A stretch of 64,000 bases of DNA from Oscillospiraceae bacterium (GTDB lineage Bacteria > Bacillota > Clostridia > Oscillospirales > Ruminococcaceae). Below the pieces are notes generated by a model. That model was given only the letters and a program-made list of their open reading frames with translations. It had not been told where the DNA came from and did no database searches. Both the position numbers and the translations under genes were made by a program. Shown in pieces: positions 38,689 to 48,600 of this stretch; position 1 is the stretch's first letter; each line of letters starts with the position of its first letter. The stretch lies in assembly GCA_009777835.1 (NCBI GenBank), contig WRKZ01000001.1:23696-87695 (forward strand), given 5' to 3'.

Positions 38689-39172
38689 ATTTCTTGTCTT
38701 TTTTAGTTTCTTTTTTCTCGTCTTCTTTTTTGTTTTTAAATACCAGAAACTTACTGATGAAGTAGTTTCCGATTACGATGAAAATCTGCGCAAAGATTTT
38801 CATCAGACCTTCGTATTGACTTCCCAGCCATACATCAACCGTCAGATACAAAAAACCGATTTCCGCCGCCAAGGTCGTTAAGCGAGAACCGTAGAAAATT
38901 CCCGCTTGTTTGAACCAGTCGGCTTTTTTGGTTTCGGCATTGCGGAACACGAAAATCTTGTTGACGAAAAAGGCGAAAGTTACCGCGCAAATCCATGAGA
39001 CGGTCGTGGCAGGCAGGGTAGTTGCCCCCAGAAAGTCAGGTGAGTGCAGCTTGAAGAAATGGGAGGCGGTAATCTGCGATACGAACGAGACCACCGTAGT
39101 CAGCCCCCCGAAGAAAAGGTATGAAATGACCTCCCTGTGTTTTGTGTAAAGATTCTTCAGTTTAGTTACCAT
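38687..39172 (-). CDS. GtrA family membrane protein (lipid-linked sugar flippase-like)
   Basis: YLFFGGLTTVV, FAFFVNKIFVF, NYFISKFLVF. Confidence 0.9.
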   Translation of the reverse strand: MVTKLKNLYTKHREVISYLFFGGLTTVVSFVSQITASHFFKLHSPDFLGATTLPATTVSWICAVTFAFFVNKIFVFRNAETKKADWFKQAGIFYGSRLTTLAAEIGFLYLTVDVWLGSQYEGLMKIFAQIFIVIGNYFISKFLVFKNKKEDEKKETKKDKK

Positions 39173-40638
39173 ACGGTTACGATTTCCTCTCCTGCGATGA
39201 ACGCTTCGACGTTTGCAAGCAGTCGCGCGGAATACGCGCCTTTAGTTTTGTATAGATTGTTTCCGTTTATTCGGACGATGTTCATCAGATTAGACGATGC
39301 GTAGAACTCCAATACGTCGTTATCGCGTGATTTATCCCGATAAACGTATGAAATCCGCAGAATTAACTCTTCACCGCCGTCTTCGAAAAAAAGCTCATCT
39401 CCGCTTGCGCGAATGACAAATTCGTACAAATCCTTGAAGTCGGAGTTGCGTGCCGCCGCTAATTCTTCCCCATTTATAAGGAATGATTGTTGGTCGGTAT
39501 CACCGATTATCTCGAAATCGTAAGTGAGGGTATCGGTTTCGATTAAAAGCCTTTCGAGTGAGAAAATATACGGGGTGCAAATAACACTCGAAATAATATC
39601 CTTGGGCTGAACGTCAATCCAGGGAAGGGTTTCGGCGGCGAAGATAAAAACCACATCGGGGACTTCACTGCTCATACCGTATAACCTCGACGAGTCGATG
39701 CCTTGAACGGCATCCCCTATTATGAGGGTATATTTGCTGTCGGCGAATTCGACTTCAACCCTGCAGGAGGGTTCGCCCAACCCGGTGAATTCCATATCGA
39801 TTTCTTCGGGGCGAATCCAGGCTACTTCGGCAGCGGTCAGCCCGAAAATCCCGTAAATCGCGCTCGATGAACGTTCGGGATGCAAATCGGTGCTGATTGG
39901 TTCGGTTATTCGGTGGGTATTAAACGTGCGGCTTTCTTCTAACGGAAGTTGCGGCAAAGCCTCGATAATCAGCGGTGTTTCGGATTCATTCGGGCGGAAA
40001 ACCGTGACCCGCTCAATTACAGGTGTGGTAAAAGAATCATACTGTGGGAACGCCAGACGTTCGACCCAGTAATGACGTTCCCTCAGGAATCCCTCGGAAA
40101 CCCGCCCGGATAGTTCATAGACGTTTTCGTCACCCTCGACCATGAGGTATACGCCCGAGCCCACCGGAAGCGTTCCGCCCAGCGAGAACGCCAACTCCGT
40201 GCCGTCCCGAAAAGTTACCTTTATATTCGCGCGCGGGGAATCGCCTAATCCGTATTTGGCTAAATCTGAATTTTCAGTATTTTCTTCCACCGTCGAAACC
40301 GATGAAAGTGATGCCGCGTCGGCTGCCAGATTCAGCAAAGACAATTGATTATACGGAACGTTCTTACTCCTCACGTTGAGTTCGGGGATTGTGTACCCGT
40401 CGTTTCCGTCGGAGGAAACAGTGTATCCGTCTTTGTCAAGCAGATTGAAGAGGGTGATTTTCTCCACATCTTCGGGCAGGAAGTCGGCGAAGACGGTTTT
40501 CACTGAGGCAGGGACAGGTTCGGCAGGTTCGGGGTTGTCATCAGGTCGGGGTTGAGTAAAGTGGAGAATCAGGACAGTCGCGCCGAGAACTGCCACCCCG
40601 ATAAGTGAAATCAGCATGATTTGCAGATTATTTTTCAT
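39166..40638 (-). CDS. DUF4340 domain membrane-anchored protein
   Basis: Single TM; two copies of the L..YGL..P / FTGLGEP motif; follows a GldG-like gene. Confidence 0.8.
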   Translation of the reverse strand: MKNNLQIMLISLIGVAVLGATVLILHFTQPRPDDNPEPAEPVPASVKTVFADFLPEDVEKITLFNLLDKDGYTVSSDGNDGYTIPELNVRSKNVPYNQLSLLNLAADAASLSSVSTVEENTENSDLAKYGLGDSPRANIKVTFRDGTELAFSLGGTLPVGSGVYLMVEGDENVYELSGRVSEGFLRERHYWVERLAFPQYDSFTTPVIERVTVFRPNESETPLIIEALPQLPLEESRTFNTHRITEPISTDLHPERSSSAIYGIFGLTAAEVAWIRPEEIDMEFTGLGEPSCRVEVEFADSKYTLIIGDAVQGIDSSRLYGMSSEVPDVVFIFAAETLPWIDVQPKDIISSVICTPYIFSLERLLIETDTLTYDFEIIGDTDQQSFLINGEELAAARNSDFKDLYEFVIRASGDELFFEDGGEELILRISYVYRDKSRDNDVLEFYASSNLMNIVRINGNNLYKTKGAYSARLLANVEAFIAGEEIVTVW

Positions 40639-40687
40639 GTCTATGACCATTTCCTCTCTGAATACAAAAGTACAATGAATCTTTCAA

Positions 40688-42262
40688 TTAAATTCTGCTC
40701 CTTTTAAACCAGACGATTATTCCCGTAGCGACTACCGCCACCGGTAGGAACAGCATAAACACCAATGCGATTATTCGGGCATTTTCGGCAGTAATCTGGA
40801 ATGAAGTCACTATAAAAGATTTCGGAGCGACTGAGATGTTGACGGTTTTTCCGCTGATTGTTGCCATCATGTTTATGAAGAATCCGGTGTTATTGTTGTT
40901 GCGTTGTGCCATGAAGTATGGGTTCAGTGCGTTCCCGCCCCTTCTGCCGCCGCCGAACACGATTACGTTGCTCGTGATTTCTTTTGAGGTGAGTCCGTCG
41001 GTTTCGTATCTGATTTTACTGCTCTGAACTGCCACATCAAAAGCACCCTGCCTTGCCATATCGGGATTCCAGTCTACCCCCTCCGCCAACGCTTCAAACG
41101 GGAGGACTACCGAACCTTCGTACGAGGATAACAGTGAAAAAGTCCTCATGTTTGAGCGTTCTTCGAAAACCCGATTGACCTTCCGCATGAGTTCGCCGTG
41201 GATTTCGAAATTCGGGTTAAGTCGCTCAAGATATTCCTGCGGCTGATAATACTGAACATTAATCTGTAACGCTTGGTCGGCGGTGGCATATCGCGGGTCG
41301 CGCTGAAACACGAACGCACGCTCAACTTGGATTCCCCAGTGAGATTCCAAAAAAGCATCGAGATTGGGCGTACTCGCTGATTCATGCGTGATATAAATCA
41401 GCGTTTTGCCTAATAATCCGTCGTTATTGAGCCAGTTGTTCAGTTTTTCGAGTGCCGCATCGGTGTAATCGGCGGTAGGGGAGTCGATTATAATAAAATC
41501 CAACTCCGGTTCAATGGTTACGGTTTTCACCATGTCGATTTCGCTCACGTTATAGGCATTCATGCTGAGGAGTTCTTCCAGAAATTCGTTCTTGCTCTCG
41601 TTGAATCCGGTAACGGCGAATGCCACATGGGTCGGCTCAACGTCGCTTACCGCCAGAATCGCCGAGAGCAACTCACGTTCCGCCGCCGCCGAAACGTCGG
41701 TTTGTAACATTCCGTACATACTGTAAAAGCCTGCGTATTCTTCCGATACGGGGTTCCCGTCCGGGTCGAAATAGCTTACTTCGAGGTAATCGCCGTCGTT
41801 GAGGATGCGGTGGCGGAGGGTAGTTTTAGATTCCACTATGATTGAAGTAGGCGATAAAGCATTTTCGTACTTGTCGGCGAAATCCGGGTTTGAGGCTAAA
41901 TCAAGATAATGAATCGTGATTTTTCCGTTTGAGGCGGCGGCGAACCGTTTCAGGATTTCGTTGGTTTGGTTATAGAACTCGCTGAAACCGCCTTCGGTGA
42001 TGAAGTCATTCTCCCGACTTAATACGGTCAGCGTGACCTCATCGTCTAAATCCCGCAAGAAAGCTGCCGTATCTTCTTCAATCGAGAAAATTCGGTTCGC
42101 CGACGTATCGACTTTTACGTCAAACCGTTCGAGTAACATTCCCGCTATGATATTCACCAGTACTACCCCGGTTATGAAAATCACGGTGAGCAGAATTGAT
42201 AATCCGCCGTGCTTGAACTTCTTGCTTGTGAAAATTTTCGTAAATTTCTTGATGTTTTTCAT
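40688..42262 (-). CDS. GldG-like ABC transporter auxiliary component
   Basis: KHGG N-terminal TM, VDTSANRIFSI, SPTADYT, C-terminal TM ending WFKRSR. Confidence 0.85.
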   Translation of the reverse strand: MKNIKKFTKIFTSKKFKHGGLSILLTVIFITGVVLVNIIAGMLLERFDVKVDTSANRIFSIEEDTAAFLRDLDDEVTLTVLSRENDFITEGGFSEFYNQTNEILKRFAAASNGKITIHYLDLASNPDFADKYENALSPTSIIVESKTTLRHRILNDGDYLEVSYFDPDGNPVSEEYAGFYSMYGMLQTDVSAAAERELLSAILAVSDVEPTHVAFAVTGFNESKNEFLEELLSMNAYNVSEIDMVKTVTIEPELDFIIIDSPTADYTDAALEKLNNWLNNDGLLGKTLIYITHESASTPNLDAFLESHWGIQVERAFVFQRDPRYATADQALQINVQYYQPQEYLERLNPNFEIHGELMRKVNRVFEERSNMRTFSLLSSYEGSVVLPFEALAEGVDWNPDMARQGAFDVAVQSSKIRYETDGLTSKEITSNVIVFGGGRRGGNALNPYFMAQRNNNNTGFFINMMATISGKTVNISVAPKSFIVTSFQITAENARIIALVFMLFLPVAVVATGIIVWFKRSRI

Positions 42263-42265
42263 AAG

Positions 42266-42985
42266 TTATGACCACCGCCTTTTCTCAAGGACTCTCACAG
42301 TCAAGAACAGGAACACGACGCAAACACTCACAAAAAACAGCAGGTTTGAGATTTCAACCAGTCCGATTGTGAAACGTTCGTACCGTTCGATTAGCGAAAA
42401 GCTCCTGAACGCATCCGATATAAATCCGATTTTGATATAGGATGCGGCAATCGATGAGAGCAGGAACCCGATGTTCACGAAAACGCTGATTGTAGCGGCT
42501 ACCATCTGATTCTCGGTCAGGGACGATATGAAAATCCCGACCGAAATATAGACCGCACCGAGAAGCAACAGCCCGGTCATGTGTCCCGAAATGCTCCTCC
42601 AACTAACCTCAACGAATCGAGACAGGACGATTCCGTAAATCGGCATGATTGCTGTCGAAATCAAGAAAATCGTGTATGATGCGGCAAACTTCGCCCCGAC
42701 AATCCCGAACAGGCTCACCGGTGCGGTTAGAGTCAACTGGTCGGTTTTGTTGCGGCGTTCTTCCGAAAAAAGCCGCATCGTAAGCATGGGAATGGTAATC
42801 ATCAGTACAAAGAAAAGCCACGAAAAGACCTGTGAGATGTCGGCGACTCCGACAGTCGGTGCGACACCGGTAAGCGTGAAAAAGTAAAAGAACGTCGCCG
42901 AAAAGAAGAAGTAAAGTCCGATAAAGACGTATCCCAGCGGCGTGACGAAATATGCTTTCAGTTCTCTTTTGAAAATAGCGAGCAT
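42266..42985 (-). CDS. GldF-like ABC-2 permease
   Basis: IFKRELKAYF, TMRLFSEERRNKTDQLTLTAPV, SSLTENQ. Confidence 0.9.
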   Translation of the reverse strand: MLAIFKRELKAYFVTPLGYVFIGLYFFFSATFFYFFTLTGVAPTVGVADISQVFSWLFFVLMITIPMLTMRLFSEERRNKTDQLTLTAPVSLFGIVGAKFAASYTIFLISTAIMPIYGIVLSRFVEVSWRSISGHMTGLLLLGAVYISVGIFISSLTENQMVAATISVFVNIGFLLSSIAASYIKIGFISDAFRSFSLIERYERFTIGLVEISNLLFFVSVCVVFLFLTVRVLEKRRWS

Positions 42986-43821
42986 TAAACAATATCCCCC
43001 GTAGTTAGTTTCAAGAAAATTTCTTCCAGCGTTAATTCGGCAGACTTTGTCACCGAAGTAACCCCTTTTATATTTGCGATTTTTTTGAGCATTTCATCGG
43101 AATTGCCTTCAACGGTGACAATCAATTTCTTGTTATCAACCTCGTCTTGCAATCCCGCCGAAAGGCTCCCCGCCGTTCCGTCGGCAACGATTTTCCCTTG
43201 GTTGATGATTACGATTTTGTCGCATACCGCCTGAACTTCCGGCAGAATGTGCGACGAAAGTATAACGGTATGATTCTTCCCCAATTTCTTAATCAGCGTG
43301 CGGATTTCTATTATTTGCTTCGGGTCGAGGCCTACCGTAGGCTCGTCCAGAATTAAAATCGGCGGATTTCCCACCAATGCCCCCGCCAATCCCACACGTT
43401 GGCGGTATCCTTTGGAAAGGTTGCGAATCAGTCGTTTTCGATGAGATTCGAGCTTGACGAGTTCGCAAATCTCGCTCAAATGTGAATTTTTGGGGATTTT
43501 CGACTTTTTCAGCGAGTAAACGAAGTTCAGATACTCGTTTACCGTCATGTCGAGGTAAACCGGTGGCTGTTCGGGGAGGTATCCGATGTTTCGCTTCGCG
43601 GCGAGCGGTTCTTCCAGAATATCCACCCCATTCAGGAACGCCTTCCCCGACGTGGAAGAAATGTACCCCGTCAGAATGTTCATGGTTGTGGACTTCCCTG
43701 CGCCGTTCGGCCCGAGGAAACCGAGGATTTGACCGGCTTCGGCGGTGAACGAGATGTTGTCTAAAGCTTTTTGTCCCTTTGTGCTTCCGTAATATTTTGT
43801 CAGATTTTCGACTTTAATCAT
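42985..43821 (-). CDS. GldA-like ABC transporter ATP-binding protein
   Basis: LGPNGAGKST, LSKGYRQR, LDEPTVGLDP, SSHIL. Confidence 0.93.
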   Translation of the reverse strand: MIKVENLTKYYGSTKGQKALDNISFTAEAGQILGFLGPNGAGKSTTMNILTGYISSTSGKAFLNGVDILEEPLAAKRNIGYLPEQPPVYLDMTVNEYLNFVYSLKKSKIPKNSHLSEICELVKLESHRKRLIRNLSKGYRQRVGLAGALVGNPPILILDEPTVGLDPKQIIEIRTLIKKLGKNHTVILSSHILPEVQAVCDKIVIINQGKIVADGTAGSLSAGLQDEVDNKKLIVTVEGNSDEMLKKIANIKGVTSVTKSAELTLEEIFLKLTTGDIV

Positions 43822-43837
43822 GTTTGTTTGATTTCCT

Positions 43838-44764
43838 TCAAATTATTTCAATTTCGAAAAAGTCGGCGATTGTTTTCACCGTGGGTTTTAAGTCATCGTT
43901 GCAGCGGGAATACCATTCGTTGATGTATTCTTCAAAGGTGAGTTCTTCGCAGTCCCCCATTGCGTAGAGGATTTTCAGCGCGTCCCACGAGTGGGGATTG
44001 TCCTTGAACGCGCTTTCGTATATCGGGGCGGCAAGCGTGTTTATGAAGCGGTTTACGTTATCGTTGCCGCCGACTTCCCCGGCATCGAAATCCCATTCAA
44101 CCATAGGGGATTCTTCCAGGGTTTGCCTGTGCTGTTTGAACAGTTCCGCCAGTTCATGCTCATAAATCCCGATTGAATAATAGTGTGCGCGCGCCCTGTA
44201 TTCATTACGCATGATTTTGCCGTAGTAAGCCCAGTTTGGACGAGGAGCGTCATTCTTCCATTTTTCCGAAAGCACGTCCAACGCATAAAAAGCATGAACT
44301 TCGCATATAAGTTCGTCAAACCAGAAATGTCTTCCTGATATGTAGAATCCTCCTGTTGCGTAATGTGCAAGCTCATGCGAGAGCTGTCTTACGTAAATTG
44401 ACCAGTGAGTCCCCGATGACGAGATGAAAAGCATTTCAAGGTTGGTGTAGATGAATGCACCGTTATTATCGCTCGCTTTAATAAACAGTTGCTGTTCTTC
44501 GTTGTTATGGCGGAGCATGTATTCTTTCGAATAAGCATCGTATAAAACCCCGGCGACTTCCTCGGCTATCAGCAAGACTTCATCGTCTCGCACGTTGCCC
44601 CAGACCCCGCGCTGTAAGTACCAGTGTGTTCCTTCCAGTTGAAGATGGTCGGGTACTCCCGGCGGCGGAGTTATGTCACTGCCGAACGCGCCAATCGCAT
44701 TGAAATAAAGCATTACGCCAAGCGTAATCACCGTGGATATGACGAGTACCAGTATTTTTCGCAT
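43838..44764 (-). CDS. Exported gluzincin-type zinc metallopeptidase
   Basis: N-terminal signal or anchor; HELAH followed by a WFDE third-ligand motif. Confidence 0.7.
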   Translation of the reverse strand: MRKILVLVISTVITLGVMLYFNAIGAFGSDITPPPGVPDHLQLEGTHWYLQRGVWGNVRDDEVLLIAEEVAGVLYDAYSKEYMLRHNNEEQQLFIKASDNNGAFIYTNLEMLFISSSGTHWSIYVRQLSHELAHYATGGFYISGRHFWFDELICEVHAFYALDVLSEKWKNDAPRPNWAYYGKIMRNEYRARAHYYSIGIYEHELAELFKQHRQTLEESPMVEWDFDAGEVGGNDNVNRFINTLAAPIYESAFKDNPHSWDALKILYAMGDCEELTFEEYINEWYSRCNDDLKPTVKTIADFFEIEII

Positions 44765-44783
44765 ATGATGCTCCTTATTGTTT

Positions 44784-45015
44784 AGAATGGGGGATTCTCC
44801 CCCAAACCCCCTGTCGCTTCGCAGGGAAACCCTGCTTCGCTCCCTAAAGAATGGGGCTTCGCCCCAAACCCCCTCACCTGCGGAGGCAGAGCCGCCTTGG
44901 TTCCCTAAAGAATGGGGGATTCTCCCCCAAACCCCCTGTCGCTTCGCAGGGAAACCCTGCTTCGCTCCCTAAAGAATGGGGGCTTCGCCCCAAACCCCCT
45001 GTCGCTTCGCTCCCT
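44784..45015. repeat. Repeat family C: BIME-like mosaic of four palindromic units
   Basis: Units of 64, 61, 64 and about 43 bp at 44784, 44848, 44909 and 44973, each agaatgggg-hairpin-cccaaaccccct; units 1 and 3 identical. Confidence 0.92.
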
Positions 45016-45051
45016 TTAACAGTAATCCCCCCGTTTCCGAGGGGACGATGA

Positions 45052-45231
45052 TTATAATTCGGCTACTAACTTCTCTACGTATGCGACTTCTTCCTGGGAC
45101 ATGACCGCTTTAGCTTCGAGAATCGATTCGCTCAACCCTTTGACTTTAATCCCGATATTCTCCTTCTCTATCTTTAACAGCTTGAAAAGCATAGAGTTGT
45201 TTTTATCCCTGATTTCTGCGTTGGTTGCCAT
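45052..45231 (-). CDS. Small hypothetical protein (59 aa), not in the ORF track
   Basis: MATNAEIRDKNNSMLFKLLKIEKENIGIKVKGLSESILEAKAVMSQEEVAYVEKLVAEL; SD aggggtga; consensus promoter upstream; similar to 23803..24003. Confidence 0.82.
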   Translation of the reverse strand: MATNAEIRDKNNSMLFKLLKIEKENIGIKVKGLSESILEAKAVMSQEEVAYVEKLVAEL

Positions 45232-45267
45232 GAAATCACCCCCTACTTACTTAAGAAATACTACTAT

Positions 45268-45296
45268 ATTATAACAGACTCTCACAGGCGTGTCAA
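45268..45296 (-). promoter_or_regulatory. Consensus sigma-A promoter for the 59-aa ORF and downstream genes
   Basis: TTGACA-N17-TATAAT with TG extension. Confidence 0.85.
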
Positions 45297-45449
45297 TCAA
45301 TTTTGAAAATTTTTTTTGAAATTTTGAAACTTTTCCGGAACTGTACGTGACTACCCTATCGTAAGCAGATTTCAATCGGATTCGTCTGTTTGGTCAATTT
45401 GTACAAGAGTACCCAATACTCGGGCGAGGTTATTTGGTGAAATTGCCAG

Positions 45450-45478
45450 TTGACAAACTCATGAAAATGATGTATACT
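45450..45478 (+). promoter_or_regulatory. Sigma-A promoter for the 1272-aa surface protein, with a ~190-nt leader
   Basis: TTGACA-N17-TATACT. Confidence 0.8.
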
Positions 45479-45674
45479 GCTACAAGCGTGTGAATCCAAT
45501 GCGTTCCTTGCGAAGAAATGTTTTTGAACAATGATTTAGCCTCTCCAGTAGGCGGGGCAGTGAAAAGTGAAACAGTTTCCTTTGAAGGAAGGTTGCGGTT
45601 TGGACGCAAAATCTAACAAGCTTAGGGAAAATCTATAATCCCTATGCAAAACTTAATTAAATGGAGGAAAAAAC

Positions 45675-48600
45675 ATGAGAAAAAGAAGATTGCTTGCAAT
45701 CCTCGTGACTGTGTCGATGGTGTTATCACTGTTTACCATGTTTACGAGTGCAAGCGACGCTGTTCGTGACACTGTAACCCGTGAATGGGGCTATGTGAAC
45801 GAATATGAATACGAAATCGATGTCAAAGTTGATTTCGGCGGCAACGTTGCTTTTGCTGTTGGCGATAAGGTAAACCTTAGTGCCGTTGATGCTGATAGTT
45901 TCGTTGCTGAAAAAGCTGACTCCTCTCCTAAAGCATTTACGGTCAGCGGCGCAAAAATTAGCGGAAACAACCGCACACAGGAAATTGCTACCGATTCTTT
46001 CGGTTGGGAAGTTTTCACTGTTGTCGGTACTGCTAATGACAGAATTACCGCGGGAAGCCGTTCTTCTCTTACTTTCACCTTAGTTGGTAAGTTCGAGGCC
46101 GACCTTTACAACGGTACTTACGAAGTGGATGACATCCAGATTGTTGATGATTTCTTTGCTCAACTCGTTCTCGGTGAATCCCCTGAAGAAGAAGAAATCG
46201 ATTTCGTGTACGCTGAAGACGATGACGGCATTGATGAAATCATTTTCGTTACCGATGTACGTGCAACCGCTACCAAAGTTGCTCTTGAAGACGTTGTTGA
46301 CAATGGGTCGGATTTCATCGGTAACTCTGACCTCGGTCTGTACGGCGATTACGGTGATGGAATCTTCACCCTTAAAATGAAAGGGATTGAATGGGACGAA
46401 GCACCTTTCATTTTCGGTGCTGACGCTGTAGTTCTTGACCTTGATTTCGTTGGACGTAACTTAGGAAATTCCGGGAATAGTGACCCTAACTACGACTTAC
46501 TCGTATGGACTGACATTTTCGAACTTGCTAATGCTGATGATAACGGCGACTTCGATATTGAAGAGTTCATTGATGAAGTTGTGAGAGTACGTATTCCTAA
46601 ACCTGCAAATGCAAACGCAAACCTCGGAACACTTAGTGCAGAACTCCCTGTTGATTATCTTTACTGCGAAAGCGATGATGACGGCTACGAACAAGTAGAA
46701 GAAATCTACTTTGCTGTTGTAAATCGTGTAGCTAAAAAAGATGATACTTGGGCAACCGTGGTTATCGAAGACGTTCTCGGTGAAGATACCCCGGACTCTG
46801 CAGAAAACCAACTGTTCGGTGCTACCCTCACTATCGAAGGTGAGTACCTGCTCATCGGCGTTCCTGAAGGCGAAGGCGAAGTTACCCGCTCTTACGGATA
46901 CGTAAATGAGTACGAATACGAAATTGATGTAAAAATCGATTTCGGTGGAGAAGTATTTTTCGCTGTCTCTGACGCGGTTGAACTCGACGGCGGATTTAAT
47001 GCCGCAGTTGCTGAAGAACTTGCTACTCTGGAAGCTACAATGGCTGTCGAAACCGCTGCTTATGATGCCGCTTCGGCATCTGAAGAAACCGTTACTAGCG
47101 TTATGACTTCGGCTTCTACGGATGAGTCTTCCGCTAGAACCGCTGCGACATCCGCTTCTAACGCTGCTGCCGATGCTAGCGCATCTCTCGTTTCGGAATC
47201 GGTTGCTGGTAATAATACTTCTGCTTTTTCTAGTGCTTACGCTAGTGCACTCGTTGATGTCGCATCGGCAGAAGCTGCTGTAGCCTCTGCTTCCAGTGCG
47301 TACTCAAGTGCTTCGGTGGCTAGTGACTCTCTGGACGTTGCTATGACCAGTGCTTCTACCGCATACGATAATGCTTCTTCCAGTGCAAGCTCCATCGAAG
47401 ACGAAGCTGACCGTGTTTTCGTAGTTGCTGCTGACGAAGACGAAAACGAATTCGAACTGACTGTAAGTGCTGTTAGAATCAGCGGAAACAGCCGTATGCA
47501 ACCTGCTGACAACACTGACCAGCTTGGTAGTGCTGACGCAAGAGAAAAAGGATTTGAATGGGATGTTGCCAGTGCTGTGGGTACACGTAATGACAGACTC
47601 ACCGCAGGAAACCGTTCTTATCTGACTTTCACTTTAATCGGTAATTTTGATTTAGACCTCTACAATGACGGATTTGACGTAGATAGCATCAAAATCGCTG
47701 AAGGATTCTTGGCTACCATTATATTTGATGAGGATTCATCGGAAACCCCATTCAAGTATAACAAAAATGTAAATGGTATTGATGACATCATCTCTGTATC
47801 GGCTGTTCGCAAGACCGGCGAAAAAGTTGCCCTTGATGACGTTGTTCTTTCTAAGGCTTCGAACACGAACAATGCAGGCGCATTCGACCTTACCGACGGT
47901 GTTACGACCCTTGAATTAGGTAGAATTCTGTTCAATGAAGCACCGTTCATCTTCGGTGCGGAATCCATTGTCCTTGACCTTGAATTCACAGAAAGAAACC
48001 TGAAGAACTTCAATACGGGCGATGATAACTATGACTTGCTCGTTTGGACTGATTTGTTTGAAGACGAAAACACAGAAGAAGGCGACACTTTTGACGTAAT
48101 GGATTTCCTTGGTGATGTTGTTAGATTCCGTATTCCGAGACCTTCTAACGCTAACACTAACCTCGGCGTTCTCAGCGTTGAACTTCCTGCTGAATTCTTC
48201 TCGAACGCAGACTTTAAACGCGCAAGCAAAATTTACTTCGCTGTAATTAACCGGGTTGTTGGGGAAAATGACACATTCGTTGATGTTGTTATCGAAGATG
48301 TTGTAGACGGAACCGACAACGCTCTCTGGGGCGCATCTCTCACCATTGAAGGTGAAGCTATTCGTCCTACAGTTCCTGTCAAAGAAAACTACGTTATCGA
48401 TGACATTTCCGAAAAAATCGGCGAAGACGGCAAAGTTGATTTAGCTGAATTAATCGCTGAAATCGGGGCAAACTACGACAAGGTTATACTTTCTGAAGAA
48501 GGCTTACTCGCTCTCGAAGAAGATTTGACCGTAGTTGTAGCAGAAGGAATCGAATACACGATTCTGGTAGACTCCATCGATGAAGACGCGATTGCTGAAG

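Noticed and set aside
44784-45015. CRISPR array
   Set aside because: The putative spacers repeat (units 1 and 3 identical) and are themselves palindromic; no cas genes or leader
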